61,121 bases of DNA, filler included, from Acidimicrobiia bacterium (GCA_046759765.1; 2 parts of 2 records of this genome joined end to end with filler, not necessarily neighbours in it); one strand, 5' to 3'. Shown: positions 28,412 through 39,039, numbered from the whole stretch's first letter. Translations and numbers: made by a program. Notes: a model not told the origin generated them from the sequence alone.

Positions 28412-29974
28412 CTATGCGTCGACCCCGTAGACGAGCGTCCGCGGAAAGTAGCTGAACCAGCCGAACCAATAGGAGAGATGACCCGGTAGACGACCCAGGC
28501 TCTCTCCCTCAGCTGACACGAGGGCGTCCTCGGTGACCTCCCAGACCACTCCGACCTCATCAACGAGTGTGTCGGGATCTACGCCCTGACTGAAGATATG
28601 GGCGCCGGCTTCGAAGGCTCGCACCTCGGCGCCGGCTTGCCAGACCACATCGATGCCCGACGGACGGTCCGTTCCCTTATCCCGCAGCCGACCGTCTGGG
28701 GCTACGAGCACCAAGGGTGTGTCTCCGACCTGGTCGTTGACGACCATCTCCTCGATGACAATGTCGATCGGGTAGGCCACCGGAATGTCGTCGAGGAGCA
28801 ACGCGTACACGCGGTCCTTCGGGCGGAGCACCTCGGACAGCCCCCCGACCGGGAACATCGGATCGGGGGCCGCGTAGTAACCGCCGTAAGAAGAGCCGGG
28901 CTCGTAGTCCCGATTGAACCCAGTCTCGATGTCCAGCACCTTGGTGTCCGGGTGGGCCGTAAGCCAGTCCGCCCAGGTGGTCACTACTACCGGAAAACGA
29001 ATGAGCTCGATGTCCTCTCCGGCCAAAGGACCGAGAACCGGCCGGCCGGTCAGCTGGTTCCAGAGCGAGCGAGTATTGCGGTCGTACATGAGCTTGTTGC
29101 TCCGCATCAGGAGACCAGACGAGCCGAACGTATAGGTCACCTCGCCGAGGCGACCGTCGTAGAGAATCCCGGCTCCGCAGAGTGTGCAGTAGGCAAGGGA
29201 CACGGGTATTCCTCCCACGACGTCGTTGGCCATCTCGTGGGAATCCATGATCCGGAGGGGATAGGCCCGATGGTCCTGGTTGATCGAGACTCCGAACACG
29301 AGATCGCTCTCGGAGATGTAATCCGCCTGTTCTGGCCGGATCTGGCGAGCTTGATCGAGGGCCGGAATTCCATCCACCCTCACGCCGCCCCAGACGACCT
29401 CTTCGACGCGGACCGTGGCGGGTTGACCGCGGATGAACTCGCCGAAGCCGGGGTCGATAGCGGCCAAAAGGTCTGCTTTCCAGTCCTGGAAGCCCGGCAG
29501 GGGGGTGAGCTCGGTTGCTGCGTACCACGCGACCCAATCAGGCCAGCCGACGAACTCCTCCCCGGTCAGTTCCTGGAGTCCGACGATGACAGGCGTGTAG
29601 AGGTCAGCGGGAATAAGCCCGATCTCCATGCTCCGCATCAGCTCGATGAGCACCGAGACGAATCTCTGGTCCCCTGAAGCTGCCACGGTCGGGAGCGCCG
29701 CGGTGGGGGTTCCGCGAAGAGTCTGGAGCGTGAGCAGTCCGAGCATCTGCTCGGCTTCGGCTTCGTCGAACGGTGGAGTGGGGACCTGCGGCTCGGAACC
29801 CGGGGTGGTCGCAGGTGTCGGAGCCGTGTCGGGTGGCGCGGCCGCTCCCGAGGTGTCCAATGTATCGGAACCACCATCGAGTGCCGTAAGCGCCATCGCA
29901 GTTCCGGCAGCCAGCAAACCGATCGCCAGAACCCCTCCTACCAGCTGTCGATTGGCCCGTTGCGCGGACAGCAT
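28412..29974 (-). CDS. DUF3179 domain exported protein
   Basis: WGGVRVDGIPALD, RAYPLRIMDSHEMAND, YCTLCG, FGSSGLL.SNKLMYD, YWFGWFSYFPRT. Confidence 0.9.
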   Translation of the reverse strand: MLSAQRANRQLVGGVLAIGLLAAGTAMALTALDGGSDTLDTSGAAAPPDTAPTPATTPGSEPQVPTPPFDEAEAEQMLGLLTLQTLRGTPTAALPTVAASGDQRFVSVLIELMRSMEIGLIPADLYTPVIVGLQELTGEEFVGWPDWVAWYAATELTPLPGFQDWKADLLAAIDPGFGEFIRGQPATVRVEEVVWGGVRVDGIPALDQARQIRPEQADYISESDLVFGVSINQDHRAYPLRIMDSHEMANDVVGGIPVSLAYCTLCGAGILYDGRLGEVTYTFGSSGLLMRSNKLMYDRNTRSLWNQLTGRPVLGPLAGEDIELIRFPVVVTTWADWLTAHPDTKVLDIETGFNRDYEPGSSYGGYYAAPDPMFPVGGLSEVLRPKDRVYALLLDDIPVAYPIDIVIEEMVVNDQVGDTPLVLVAPDGRLRDKGTDRPSGIDVVWQAGAEVRAFEAGAHIFSQGVDPDTLVDEVGVVWEVTEDALVSAEGESLGRLPGHLSYWFGWFSYFPRTLVYGVDA

Positions 29975-30048
29975 GCTCCTGTTCTACACGGGATGGGCTA
30001 CTACACGGGTCCCTTGGCTTCCTCCAGGCGACGGAGACGCTGTGACCG

Positions 30049-31072
30049 CTAGGCCGCCGTCAAAGTGGCCCCGGGATGCCAATCGTCAGCAGGACCGGTC
30101 GTCCAGCTGGCCTCCGCTTCGTTCAGCAGCGGACCATCGAGGTTCTCCAAAGCCCCTTCTAGCCGACCGACCGAGGCGGCGGTGGCAACGGGCTTGCCCT
30201 CCGAAAGATCGCAGACCTCCTTGCCGCGAATCGAAAGCTCATAGGTCCCGATCTGCCGCGCTCTCGAGACGATCTCCTCTTTGGGAAGGGCAACCAGAGG
30301 TCGGAGGATCGCTAGATCGGAGAAGTGGTCAACCGCGACGAGATGAGCAGACGTCTGTGACGAGACCTGGCCGAGTGAGTCTCCCGTCACCAGCATCGGA
30401 ATCTGCAACCGGTTGGCCAAACGTCCGGCTACCTGGGTCATCAGGACCTTGAGGAGCACCTGCCGCAAGCCCGGCCTGACCTCCGTATGGAGGGCATCCT
30501 TGGTTGCTTGGAAGTCGATCACATGTAGCTGGGCATCGGCGCCGTAGCCCCACCCATCGACCAGTTCGTAACCCACCGCCAGCGCGTGGTCAGCCTGGGC
30601 GCAATCCAATTGGAAGTGAAGGATGTCAATGGGGCATCCGCGCCGCATCATCATCCAAGCAGCCACCGGAGAGTCGATGCCTCCCGATAGCAGCACGAGG
30701 GCCCGATCCTGAGTCCCGATCGGGAGCCCGTCCTGGCCCTCCCAGGCATGTTTGGCGACGAGAGCTCGCTCACCTCGAACGTACAGACGTACGGTGACCT
30801 CAGGATCATCGAGGTTCACTCCGGCGGAAAAGTCAAGGAGCATCCGGCCGATCGAGCGTTCGGCGTCACTCGACCGCCACTCGTGGCTGCCTGATCTACG
30901 GACCCTTACCGCGAAGGTCTTGCCCGCCACCCTCTTTCGGTTCAACTCGAAGACCTTGCGCGCAAGGTCCTCGAGATCGTCGAACTCCACCTCCAGCACC
31001 CGCTCGGCTCTGCTCACACCGAAAGTCCGGACCGCGACCTCTGCCAGATCGACCATCACCTGGCCCTCGATT
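30049..31072 (-). CDS. thiI: tRNA 4-thiouridine synthase ThiI (THUMP + PP-loop), 5'-truncated at the contig end
   Basis: TFAVRVRRSG THUMP; GLPIGTQ, LLSGGIDSPVA, TGDSLGQVSSQT, RPLV; no C-terminal rhodanese domain. Confidence 0.9.
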
Positions 31073-31172
31073 NNNNNNNNNNNNNNNNNNNNNNNNNNNN
31101 NNNNNNNNNNNNNNNNTTAATTAATTAANNNNNNNNNNNNNNNNNNNNNNNNNNNNNNNNNNNNNNNNNNNN
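31073..31172. other. Artificial contig-joining linker
   Basis: 44 N + TTAATTAATTAA (stops in all frames) + 44 N = 100 nt. Confidence 0.97.
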
Positions 31173-31499
31173 GGTTGCCAAGCGGTAGGTCCCGCCGTAT
31201 GCGACTTCGGAGATGATGACGTGGGTACCGGCTTCACAGAAGGCCAGAAATACCGCGGCGATTGCGGCCATGCCCGAAGCGAAGGCCGCGGAATCCGCCC
31301 CCTCTTCTAGCGCGGTGATCTTCTGCTCCCACGATCTCACGGTGGGATTGGCGCTCCGCGAGTACGAGTAGCCGGTAGCGAGATAGTCATCGACCGTCGG
31401 CTGCACGTAGGTGGTGCTCTGATGAATCGGAGTCAGGATCGCGCCGGTCGTCGGATCCGGCTCCACCCCCGCGTGCACCTGCTTGGTTCGAAACCGCAT
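31173..31499 (-). CDS. Cystathionine gamma-synthase/lyase family (Cys/Met PLP enzyme), 3'-truncated at the contig end
   Basis: TGAILTPIHQSTTY, YSRSANPT, ALEE, FASGMAAI, YGGTYRL; TAGGAT 6 nt before the ATG. Confidence 0.9.
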
Positions 31500-31593
31500 G
31501 GTCGGATCCTAGGAACAATCCGGGACGGCCCTCCTGCTCGGTACCCTCGCGCCGTATGTGGTGAACTCCGGTTTCTCGACGCGAGGAGGCGGG

Positions 31594-31926
31594 ATGGGCG
31601 GAATGGGTTATCTGGGTGTGGCGATCGTCAGCGAAGTGTTCGGCACTTCGATGCTGCGACTGTCGGAAGGGTTCCGTGAGCTGGTTCCCAGCCTGTTGGC
31701 GCTGGCCGGCTGGGGAGTCTCGCTTTTCTTCTTCGCCCTCGCGCTCCGGTCGGTGGCGGTGGGGACGGCGTACGCGATCTGGTCGGGAGTCGGGACGGCC
31801 CTGCTAGTGGGCATAGCTTGGGTGTTCTTCGACCAGCGTCTCGACCTGGCGGCATTCGCCGGTGTGGGCCTGATTATTGCGGGAGTCGTCTTCATCCAGG
31901 TGGTTTCCGAGGTCGAGATCGGCTAG
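31594..31926 (+). CDS. SMR family small multidrug efflux transporter (Qac/EmrE-like)
   Basis: AIVSEVFGT membrane Glu, GTAYAIWSGVG, four TM helices; RBS GAGGAGG. Confidence 0.9.
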   Translation: MGGMGYLGVAIVSEVFGTSMLRLSEGFRELVPSLLALAGWGVSLFFFALALRSVAVGTAYAIWSGVGTALLVGIAWVFFDQRLDLAAFAGVGLIIAGVVFIQVVSEVEIG

Positions 31927-31943
31927 CCAGGCCTTGCCGTGGC

Positions 31944-32849
31944 CTACGCACCGACAGCTGCCATCAGTTCGTCGAACTTCTCATCGACTTCCTGTTCGCC
32001 TGCTTCGTCGAGCGCAAACCCGACCGGCCCGCGCACGAGTGCGTTCCGGAAGACCCCCTGACGTACGAGTAGGTGCTTCTCGACGGCAAGAAAAGCATCC
32101 AAGCTGTCGGCCAAGGAGACCAGCGCGGCCAGCGGCTCGTGAATCCTGCGCGCCCGTTCGAGATCATCGGCCTCTAGTGCTTCCCACAATTCCACGACTG
32201 CGGGAGTGAGGTCGGCCCCCGGCATCGTACCCACCACCCCCAAGGGATAGGTTTCGATCAGCGCTACTCCGCCCGACCCCTCGAAGGCGCGGGCCTTCCC
32301 CCCGGTCGCCATCCGCAGCTCTACGAGCCGCGGCGGAATCGGGCGGGCCTGGGGTTTGTACACCACCCGCTCGCGGTGCGGGGCATGCAGCTCCGCTTGC
32401 ACGGCGATCGACATGGGCCGCCCGACGTAGGCGCTGGCGTCCTGCACGATCACAGGCACGCCTACGGAAGAGAGAATCTCCTCGTAGTAGCCAAGGATCT
32501 GATCGTCGTCCAGGACCACGGATATCGGGGGTATGGCCATAACTGCATCGGCGCCTGCCTCCTCGGCATGACGTGCGTGGCGGACGGCAACCGGCGTGCT
32601 CTCCGCTCCCACACTGATCACAACGCTGCCCTGCGTCTTGCCCAGCCGGCACGCGAGTTCGGCAACCTCATCCCGCTCTTCACTCGAAAGACGCAGCACT
32701 TCGGAGACCATCGCCATGACAATCCCCTGCGCGCCGCCGTTGTAGATCCAGTCGATCTCCCGCTCGAGCGTGACGGGATCGATGCTCAGGTCGGCGTTAT
32801 AGGGCGTCTGGAAGACGACCAGCACACCTCCGAGTTGATCTTCCCCCAT
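31944..32849 (-). CDS. DapA/NAL-family class I aldolase/dehydratase (divergent)
   Basis: QTPY, MAMVSE in place of GxTGE, GADAVMAIPP, VIVQD, Schiff-base Lys in VYKPQ. Confidence 0.85.
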   Translation of the reverse strand: MGEDQLGGVLVVFQTPYNADLSIDPVTLEREIDWIYNGGAQGIVMAMVSEVLRLSSEERDEVAELACRLGKTQGSVVISVGAESTPVAVRHARHAEEAGADAVMAIPPISVVLDDDQILGYYEEILSSVGVPVIVQDASAYVGRPMSIAVQAELHAPHRERVVYKPQARPIPPRLVELRMATGGKARAFEGSGGVALIETYPLGVVGTMPGADLTPAVVELWEALEADDLERARRIHEPLAALVSLADSLDAFLAVEKHLLVRQGVFRNALVRGPVGFALDEAGEQEVDEKFDELMAAVGA

Positions 32850-32860
32850 GCCCAGAGTGC

Positions 32861-33613
32861 TCAGAAGCGGCCGAGGCGGAAGCCGCCGTCTACCGGAATG
32901 GTTACGCCGGTGACTCCATCAAACAGCGGCGTGCACAGCGCCACCACGATGGCCGCAACCTCAGGGCGGGTCACTAACCGACCGGTGGGGGTGTGGCCGA
33001 TGGCCCTTTCGACGAAAGTCGGATCGAATTCCGCGATGTCGTCGGCGCTCTCGGCGATCTGGCCGGGCGCGATCGCGTTGACGTTGATCTCGGGACCGAG
33101 TTCGAGGGCGAGCTCCTCAGTGAGGGTGATCATCGCCTCCTTCGCCAAGGTATAGATCGAGTGGTTGCGCAAGAAGGCAGAACCCGCCGAAATGTTGACG
33201 ATGCGGCCCCAGCCGGCTTCGCGCATGCCGGGCACGACGAGCTGGGTGGCGAGATACGCAGCCTTGACGTTGCTGTCCCAAATCCGATCCCACTCGCTCT
33301 CTTCGAGCTCCGCGAACGGATCCATCGAGAACGGGCCGGAGTTGTTCACGAGTATGTCGATGCGGCCCCGGGCCTCGAGGGCATTTCCGACCAGGGCCCG
33401 GACACCGTCTGGAGTGCTGGTATCGCCATAGAGAGCGAGATGGTCCCCCTCCAGGTCTTCGACGATGTCGAGGGCGGCCTCCTTGGAGTCGTGGTAGTTG
33501 AGGACGACGGTCGCTCCTTCTGCCGCGAGGCTCCGCACGATCTGAGCTCCCAGGTTTCTCGACGAGCTGGTTACGAGGGCGTTCTTGTCGGTAAGCGGTC
33601 CGTTATCGGCCAT
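32861..33613 (-). CDS. SDR family oxidoreductase
   Basis: ALVTSSSRNLG, DILVNNSG, YTLAK (YxxxK), VNAIAPG, VDGG. Confidence 0.92.
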   Translation of the reverse strand: MADNGPLTDKNALVTSSSRNLGAQIVRSLAAEGATVVLNYHDSKEAALDIVEDLEGDHLALYGDTSTPDGVRALVGNALEARGRIDILVNNSGPFSMDPFAELEESEWDRIWDSNVKAAYLATQLVVPGMREAGWGRIVNISAGSAFLRNHSIYTLAKEAMITLTEELALELGPEINVNAIAPGQIAESADDIAEFDPTFVERAIGHTPTGRLVTRPEVAAIVVALCTPLFDGVTGVTIPVDGGFRLGRF

Positions 33614-34715
33614 GGGTTACCTCCTGTCGCCCTTTGCTTCGGAACCTTTCCTCTACCGGAATGTATTCGATGTCGTAACCGAAGTAGGCCGGACCGACCA
33701 GCGAGAGCCCTCCGTCCGTCCGCCATCTAGGATCGCACGGAACCCCTATGACCACCACCCGGAACCCGTAACGCAGTTCCTCCGTGGTGATCGGCTCGCC
33801 GGTTTCACTGTCGAGAACTGTGATCAGGTCGGGGACGGTCGCTAACACTGCGTCGTCCCGCTCGGCCACCAGGTTCTCGTTCTGGAAGTCGATGCGCAGC
33901 GTGTGGCCGGTGTCGGCGGCGGATCCCTCCAGGCGAGCGCTGCCACGAGCAAAACCTGCCTCTGTTCGCCGCTCGACATCGACGATCTTGCCCTCGAACA
34001 GCCGAAAGCCTCTCAGCCGCCGGAGTATCACCTCGATGGGATCGGCGTGATCGGCGCGTGATCGGTTCACCAAGCTGCCCAGTTCCTGCGCCAGGGTCAA
34101 CGTGCCCGGGATCATCGACGTCTTGAGCTCCTGCCCGGACTGGCTGTAAAGCGCTATCAGCGCGGAGGCGCCCATGTCGATGCAGATCGTCCGCGCGATC
34201 CGTTCGGTCCACAGGTTGTCGACCGCGTCGACGACGGCGGTGTTGCCCTTCTCATCTGCCAGCGCCATGGGCGTGGCCGATATCCCGTAGATCGTCGGGG
34301 TGCACATCTGCACCTCTGGGAACGCCCTTCCCATCCCGTCGGCATCGACCAGAGGCAGGTCCAGGCGGGCGGCCGTGACGAACGGCATCGTGGAGTTGAG
34401 GCCCCCGGCTTCGGCGCAAACCGTGTGAGTGATGGGCTGGCCCAGCCGGTCCTGGAGTGCCTCAAAGGCGCGGATCAACTCGTCCCCGGAGGGCAGCTTC
34501 TCGATCATCACCGTGGGGGCACCCATCATGGCCGACATCGCCACGAGCGCGTCGTCGGGAACTTCCTCGACCGGAACGACCTCGACCGGCCCGAACTGCT
34601 CGAGCGTGTTGCGGGCGACAAGGCGACCGATGTAAGGGTCCCCTCCGCCACCGGCTCCCAAGATGGCAGCGCCAACGGCAAGGTCATCGAGCTCGTCGGC
34701 TCCGAAGAGGCGCAC
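33603..34715 (-). CDS. DUF917 family protein (copy 1)
   Basis: GAAILGAGGGGDPY, EAGGLNS, DADGMGRAFPEVQM, FQNENL, VPDLI, TEELRYG, VGPAYFG. Confidence 0.92.
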   Translation of the reverse strand: MRLFGADELDDLAVGAAILGAGGGGDPYIGRLVARNTLEQFGPVEVVPVEEVPDDALVAMSAMMGAPTVMIEKLPSGDELIRAFEALQDRLGQPITHTVCAEAGGLNSTMPFVTAARLDLPLVDADGMGRAFPEVQMCTPTIYGISATPMALADEKGNTAVVDAVDNLWTERIARTICIDMGASALIALYSQSGQELKTSMIPGTLTLAQELGSLVNRSRADHADPIEVILRRLRGFRLFEGKIVDVERRTEAGFARGSARLEGSAADTGHTLRIDFQNENLVAERDDAVLATVPDLITVLDSETGEPITTEELRYGFRVVVIGVPCDPRWRTDGGLSLVGPAYFGYDIEYIPVEERFRSKGRQEVTHGR

Positions 34716-34719
34716 GCCC

Positions 34720-36264
34720 TCAGCCGCGCAGCCGCAGATTGCCTACGGCCTTGACTCGGATCCGCACGGCATTGGACGGAAGATACGCCAGGGGTACCTC
34801 CTCAACGTCGACGATCTTGACGGTGTCCGGGTCGGCCCCCGCCTCGACCGACCGAGCGGTCGCAGCGGAACGGGCCTCCTCAATGGCCCGCTCCCGGGTC
34901 ATCCCATCGAGCGAAAAGACCTGATCCGTTTCGCCTCCCACCTGAGCGATGGCAGCGCCGATTGCGTTGGCGACTGGGAAGTGGTCGGGACGGATCACCT
35001 GACTCGCTCCCTCGACCTTATCTCCGACCAGGATGCTGCCTCCTCCCACCAAAACGACGGGCAACGGCGCGGCGTCCGTCTTCATCTGATCTACCGCTTC
35101 CGACACCCGGTGCTGCATCAGGGAAACCGCCTCAGAAACCAGGCCCTGATCGAGATCAGCTACCAGAGCGCCATCGCCTATTTCGGCCAGCCCTGCGGCT
35201 ACGGCGACGTCGGTGGCGGTAACGGTGTCGCCCCCGAAAACCAGGGCCCGCTCGGTAAGTAGATAGCCGACGCTGTCGGGCCCGATCGCCAGCTCGTCGT
35301 CGGCATGGAGGATGCTGCCTCCGCCGAGACCGATCGACAGGACATCGGGCATGCGAAAGTTGGTGCGGACACCGCCGATATCCACAGCTACGGACGCCTC
35401 TCTCGGGAAACCGCGGGTGAGCATCCCTACATCGGTAGTGGTTCCGCCGATGTCGACAACGACGCAGTCGCTCACTCCGGACAGGAAGGCCGCTCCGCGC
35501 ATCGAATTGGTGGCGCCGGAAGCGAAGGTGGCGACCGGGTATTGCTCCGTATAGTCGGCGCTCATCAAAGTTCCGTCGTTCTGGCTGATGAATAGGGGCG
35601 CTTCGATGCCGAGCTCCGAAACGGACGTCTCGAACGCATGCACGATCTGAGCCGCCAGCTCCCGCAGGCAGGCATTCATGACGGTGGCGTTCTCGCGTTC
35701 CAGCAGTCCAATCCGTCCGATTTCGTTGGACAAGCTCACGGCTAACCCCGGTATCCGCGCGGAAAGGAACTCGGCTGCCTGTTCTTCGAACTCGCCGTTG
35801 ACGGGCGAGAAAACGGACGAGATGGCGACTGAGCGGACACCCTTGGACTCCATATCTGCTGCCACTTCCTCCAACTCATCCATGTCGAGTGGGGCTATCA
35901 CCCGTCCGTCGAATTCGTGCCCCCCGGCACACATGTACACGTGGTGTCCCAGCGCCTCGCGAAGGCGCTCCGGCCAGTCGGTCATCGGCGGTAGCGCCTG
36001 AGTGGCCGGGAGTGCCAAGCGCACGGCGGCGGTGGGAATGAGCCGTCTCGCTTCGACAACGGCGTTGGTGAAGTGAGTTGTGCCGATCATCACTCCGCGG
36101 ATCGGGCCTTCCGGATCCGACCCGCCCATCAGATCAGTCAGCGCAGTCACTATGCCCCTGGTGACGTCTGGCGTGGTCGGGGTCTTCGTCTCGCCCAAGA
36201 CCACTCGACCGTCCATAACCACCGCGTCGGTATTGGTCCCCCCTACGTCGATTCCAATCTGCAA
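34720..36264 (-). CDS. Hydantoinase/oxoprolinase A-type (ASKHA ATPase) protein
   Basis: IGIDVGGTNTDAV, IGTTHFTNA, ERENAT, QNDGTLM, DIGGTTTDVG, ANAIGAA. Confidence 0.92.
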   Translation of the reverse strand: MQIGIDVGGTNTDAVVMDGRVVLGETKTPTTPDVTRGIVTALTDLMGGSDPEGPIRGVMIGTTHFTNAVVEARRLIPTAAVRLALPATQALPPMTDWPERLREALGHHVYMCAGGHEFDGRVIAPLDMDELEEVAADMESKGVRSVAISSVFSPVNGEFEEQAAEFLSARIPGLAVSLSNEIGRIGLLERENATVMNACLRELAAQIVHAFETSVSELGIEAPLFISQNDGTLMSADYTEQYPVATFASGATNSMRGAAFLSGVSDCVVVDIGGTTTDVGMLTRGFPREASVAVDIGGVRTNFRMPDVLSIGLGGGSILHADDELAIGPDSVGYLLTERALVFGGDTVTATDVAVAAGLAEIGDGALVADLDQGLVSEAVSLMQHRVSEAVDQMKTDAAPLPVVLVGGGSILVGDKVEGASQVIRPDHFPVANAIGAAIAQVGGETDQVFSLDGMTRERAIEEARSAATARSVEAGADPDTVKIVDVEEVPLAYLPSNAVRIRVKAVGNLRLRG

Positions 36265-36276
36265 GCGGGCTCTCCT

Positions 36277-38574
36277 TCAGGCCGACGCCGGCGATTCGGT
36301 CCCGGGAAGCCGGCCCAGAGCTTCGAGCACCCTCTCGGGCGTGATCGGTATGTCGCGAATCGGCCGGCCGATAGCGTCGGCCACCGCGTTGCCGATCGCG
36401 GCAGCCACGGGAACGATCGGTGGCTCTGCCACTCCCTTGGCTCCGAAGGGCCCGGCCTCATCGGGATGCTCGAGCAGGATCACCTCGGTGCGTGGTGTAT
36501 CGACCGCCACCGGCAGCCGGTATGTCTCCAACGTCCGCTGTTCGTAGCGACCGTCGGCGCCGAAACGAAGCCCCTCGTAGAGGGCGTAGCCAAGGCCCTG
36601 CGCGACGCCACCCTGGATCTGACCAATAACGCCGTCCGGATTGATCGCCTTGCCCACTTCCTGGGCCACGAGGTAGCGCAGCACTGTCACGCCGCCGGTG
36701 ACGGGATCGACCTCGACTTCGGCGACGTGTACGTGGTAGGTGGGGGTGGGAAAGGTCGGAAAGAGAAGCCCGGAGGCGCAGGTCGGGTCATAGCTGGGCG
36801 TTGGGGTTGCATACGAGCCGGTAGCCGCGAGGGGCCCCCCGTGGATGAAAGTCGCCGCGCTGGCCACCTCGGCCAGGCTTAGGTCCGAGTCCGGCACCCC
36901 CTTGACTCTCACGCTTCCGTCGTGGAGTTCGAGGTCCCCGGGAGCCGCCTCGAGCAGCTGGGCTGCCACCTCATAGACCTTCTCGCGTAAAACGGCCGCG
37001 GCTTCGTGAGTGGCCCTCCCGACAACATGGGTGGTGCGGGATCCCTGCGAGCCGGCGTCGTAGGGCGCGGCATCAGTGTCAGGGAAGGACACAACTACGT
37101 CGGTAGGCTCCATGCCCATCTCGGCCGCCGCCACTTGGGTGACGCCCATGGCGACCGCTCCCGATCCATTGTCAGTGGCGCCGGTCACCACTCCGAGGGT
37201 TCCGTCTTCATGGAGCTTGAGGACTACGGAACCTGGCATCGGGTTGGTGAGCCAGACACAAGCCGCGATTCCCACGCCGCGGTTTGCGCCCTTCCCAAGG
37301 GCTGCCCATGGGGCCGCCTCCTCGATCCGCTCAAAAGCCTCACCCAGAATGGAGGCGTCGGGCAGCTCCTGGCCGTTGAGCAACCGGTCTCCGTCGCCGA
37401 GCAGGTTCCGGCGTCGCAGCTCTCTTCGATCCACTCCGAGCTCTCGTGCGATGTGATCCATGTGTCGTTCGAGAGCAAAAACGGTATGGGTTCCGCTCAC
37501 TCCTCGAAATGCGCCTGTAGGAGCAGTGTTCGTATATACGGCTCGGGAAGTAACGCGGGTCGGTCCGGTCCGGTAGGGCGCCCCGGCAACCAGGAAAGGA
37601 ATCGAGCAGAGGTAAGGGGCGTCGGTAGCCGCGGCGCCGGCATCGAGCCGCACGTCGATCACTCGGGCGAGTATCTCGCCCTCCTCGCTAACCGCGGAGC
37701 GGAGCCTCCAAAGGGCGTCCTCACGGCTCGGCGCGGTGATCAGGTCCTCGGTCCGGTCGAGAACCAGCTTGACCGGTCGGCCGCTCGCCCTAGCCAAAAG
37801 AGCCGCATGAGGCTCGATCGTGATGTCGAGTTTGGCGCCGAAGCCGCCACCGATGTGGTGACCGACCACTCGGATGTCGGACGGACGAATGCCGAGGGCC
37901 TCGGCCAGCCGATCCCGAACGTTGAACGGGTACTGGTGCGAGACGTGGATCGTGTACCGGCCTGACGTGTATTCGGCAAGGACTCCGCGCACCTCGAGAT
38001 GGGCTTGATATTGACGCTGGGCGCGAAACTCCTCTTCGACGATCGTATGCGCACGAGCGAAGGCCTCATCGACACCCTGGGGATCGGAAAGGAGCTCACC
38101 GCACACGTTGCCGTAGCGCGGGAACTCCTGGGAGGCCGATAGCTCATCCGGGTCTGGATGGACGAGCCGGCCCTGCTCGGCAAGCGCTTCATCGAGGTCC
38201 GTCACCGGCTCCTGTTCCTCGATCTCGAGCGAGATGGCAGCTACGGCCGCGCGGGCGATAGCCGGACTGTCGGCCGCGACCGCAGCAAGGGGCTCGCCCT
38301 CGAAGGTGACGTAGCCGTCGGCGAAGATCCGCTGATCCTTGACGACCAGCCCGTAGCGAGTGCTCGGAGCATCCTTGGCGGTGAGGACCGACCACACGCC
38401 CAGCATCTGCTGTGCCTCGGTCGTATCTAGGCGCGTAATGCGGCCGGCAGCCACCGGCGATCGGAGGAGCTTGGCGTGGAGCGTGCCTGGAACTTCGACG
38501 TCGACGGTGTAGACCGCGTCGCCGGAGACTTTGGCGGCTCCGTCGCTGCGCGGGACGCTGGTCCCTATCGTCAT
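36277..38574 (-). CDS. Xanthine dehydrogenase-family molybdopterin-binding large subunit
   Basis: IGTSVPRSDGAAKVSG, IGGGFGAK, GAFRG, GSQGSR, GQIQGG, GAKGVAEPP; ATG 38574 overlaps the stop of the Fe-S subunit (ATGA). Confidence 0.93.
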   Translation of the reverse strand: MTIGTSVPRSDGAAKVSGDAVYTVDVEVPGTLHAKLLRSPVAAGRITRLDTTEAQQMLGVWSVLTAKDAPSTRYGLVVKDQRIFADGYVTFEGEPLAAVAADSPAIARAAVAAISLEIEEQEPVTDLDEALAEQGRLVHPDPDELSASQEFPRYGNVCGELLSDPQGVDEAFARAHTIVEEEFRAQRQYQAHLEVRGVLAEYTSGRYTIHVSHQYPFNVRDRLAEALGIRPSDIRVVGHHIGGGFGAKLDITIEPHAALLARASGRPVKLVLDRTEDLITAPSREDALWRLRSAVSEEGEILARVIDVRLDAGAAATDAPYLCSIPFLVAGAPYRTGPTRVTSRAVYTNTAPTGAFRGVSGTHTVFALERHMDHIARELGVDRRELRRRNLLGDGDRLLNGQELPDASILGEAFERIEEAAPWAALGKGANRGVGIAACVWLTNPMPGSVVLKLHEDGTLGVVTGATDNGSGAVAMGVTQVAAAEMGMEPTDVVVSFPDTDAAPYDAGSQGSRTTHVVGRATHEAAAVLREKVYEVAAQLLEAAPGDLELHDGSVRVKGVPDSDLSLAEVASAATFIHGGPLAATGSYATPTPSYDPTCASGLLFPTFPTPTYHVHVAEVEVDPVTGGVTVLRYLVAQEVGKAINPDGVIGQIQGGVAQGLGYALYEGLRFGADGRYEQRTLETYRLPVAVDTPRTEVILLEHPDEAGPFGAKGVAEPPIVPVAAAIGNAVADAIGRPIRDIPITPERVLEALGRLPGTESPASA

Positions 38575-39029
38575 GGAGCACCCGTCGCTAGTAACACGGC
38601 GTCGATGATCTGGCTGTAGCCGGTGCAGCGGCAGAGATTCCCCGACAGCGCCTCGCGAATTTCGTCCTCGGTCGGAGAGGCGTTGGATTCCACCAGGGCA
38701 GTGAGCGTGACGACGAACCCCGGCGTGCAGAAGCCGCATTGGACGCCGCCGGTATCGATGAAGGCTCTTTGCAGCGAGCTCAAATCGTCACTCGATCCCA
38801 GACCCTCGACGGTGAGAATCTCCGCTCCATTGACAGCCAGTGCGGCCATGATGCACGAATCGACGGGCCGTCCGTCGACGAGGACTGTGCAGGCACCGCA
38901 CTCCCCCTCGTCGCATCCTTCTTTGGTACCGGTCAAGGAGAGGCGCTCGCGAAGCACGTGCAGAAGGGTCTCGTCGGGTGCGACGTCAACCGTCTTGCGC
39001 TGTCCGTTGACTGTGATGTCCAGCTCCAA
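38571..39029 (-). CDS. (2Fe-2S)-binding small subunit (CoxS/XdhC-like)
   Basis: GCDEGECGAC...SC, QCGFCTPG, GNLCRCTGY. Confidence 0.95.
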   Translation of the reverse strand: MELDITVNGQRKTVDVAPDETLLHVLRERLSLTGTKEGCDEGECGACTVLVDGRPVDSCIMAALAVNGAEILTVEGLGSSDDLSSLQRAFIDTGGVQCGFCTPGFVVTLTALVESNASPTEDEIREALSGNLCRCTGYSQIIDAVLLATGAP

Positions 39030-39039
39030 CCGGGCCCCC

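Noticed and set aside
28412..29974. DUF3179 selenoprotein
   Set aside because: The ORF is open throughout with Cys codons (CTLC) and has no in-frame TGA.
30049..31499. thiI and a metB-like gene as one sulfur operon, and TTAATTAATTAA as a biological motif
   Set aside because: They are separated by a symmetric 100-nt artificial linker, so adjacency between the contigs is not evidence.
31500..31593. Guanidine riboswitch upstream of the SMR gene
   Set aside because: Only one GGG-ACGG-CCC hairpin with no closely spaced second ACGR hairpin, and the protein looks Qac-like rather than Gdx-like.
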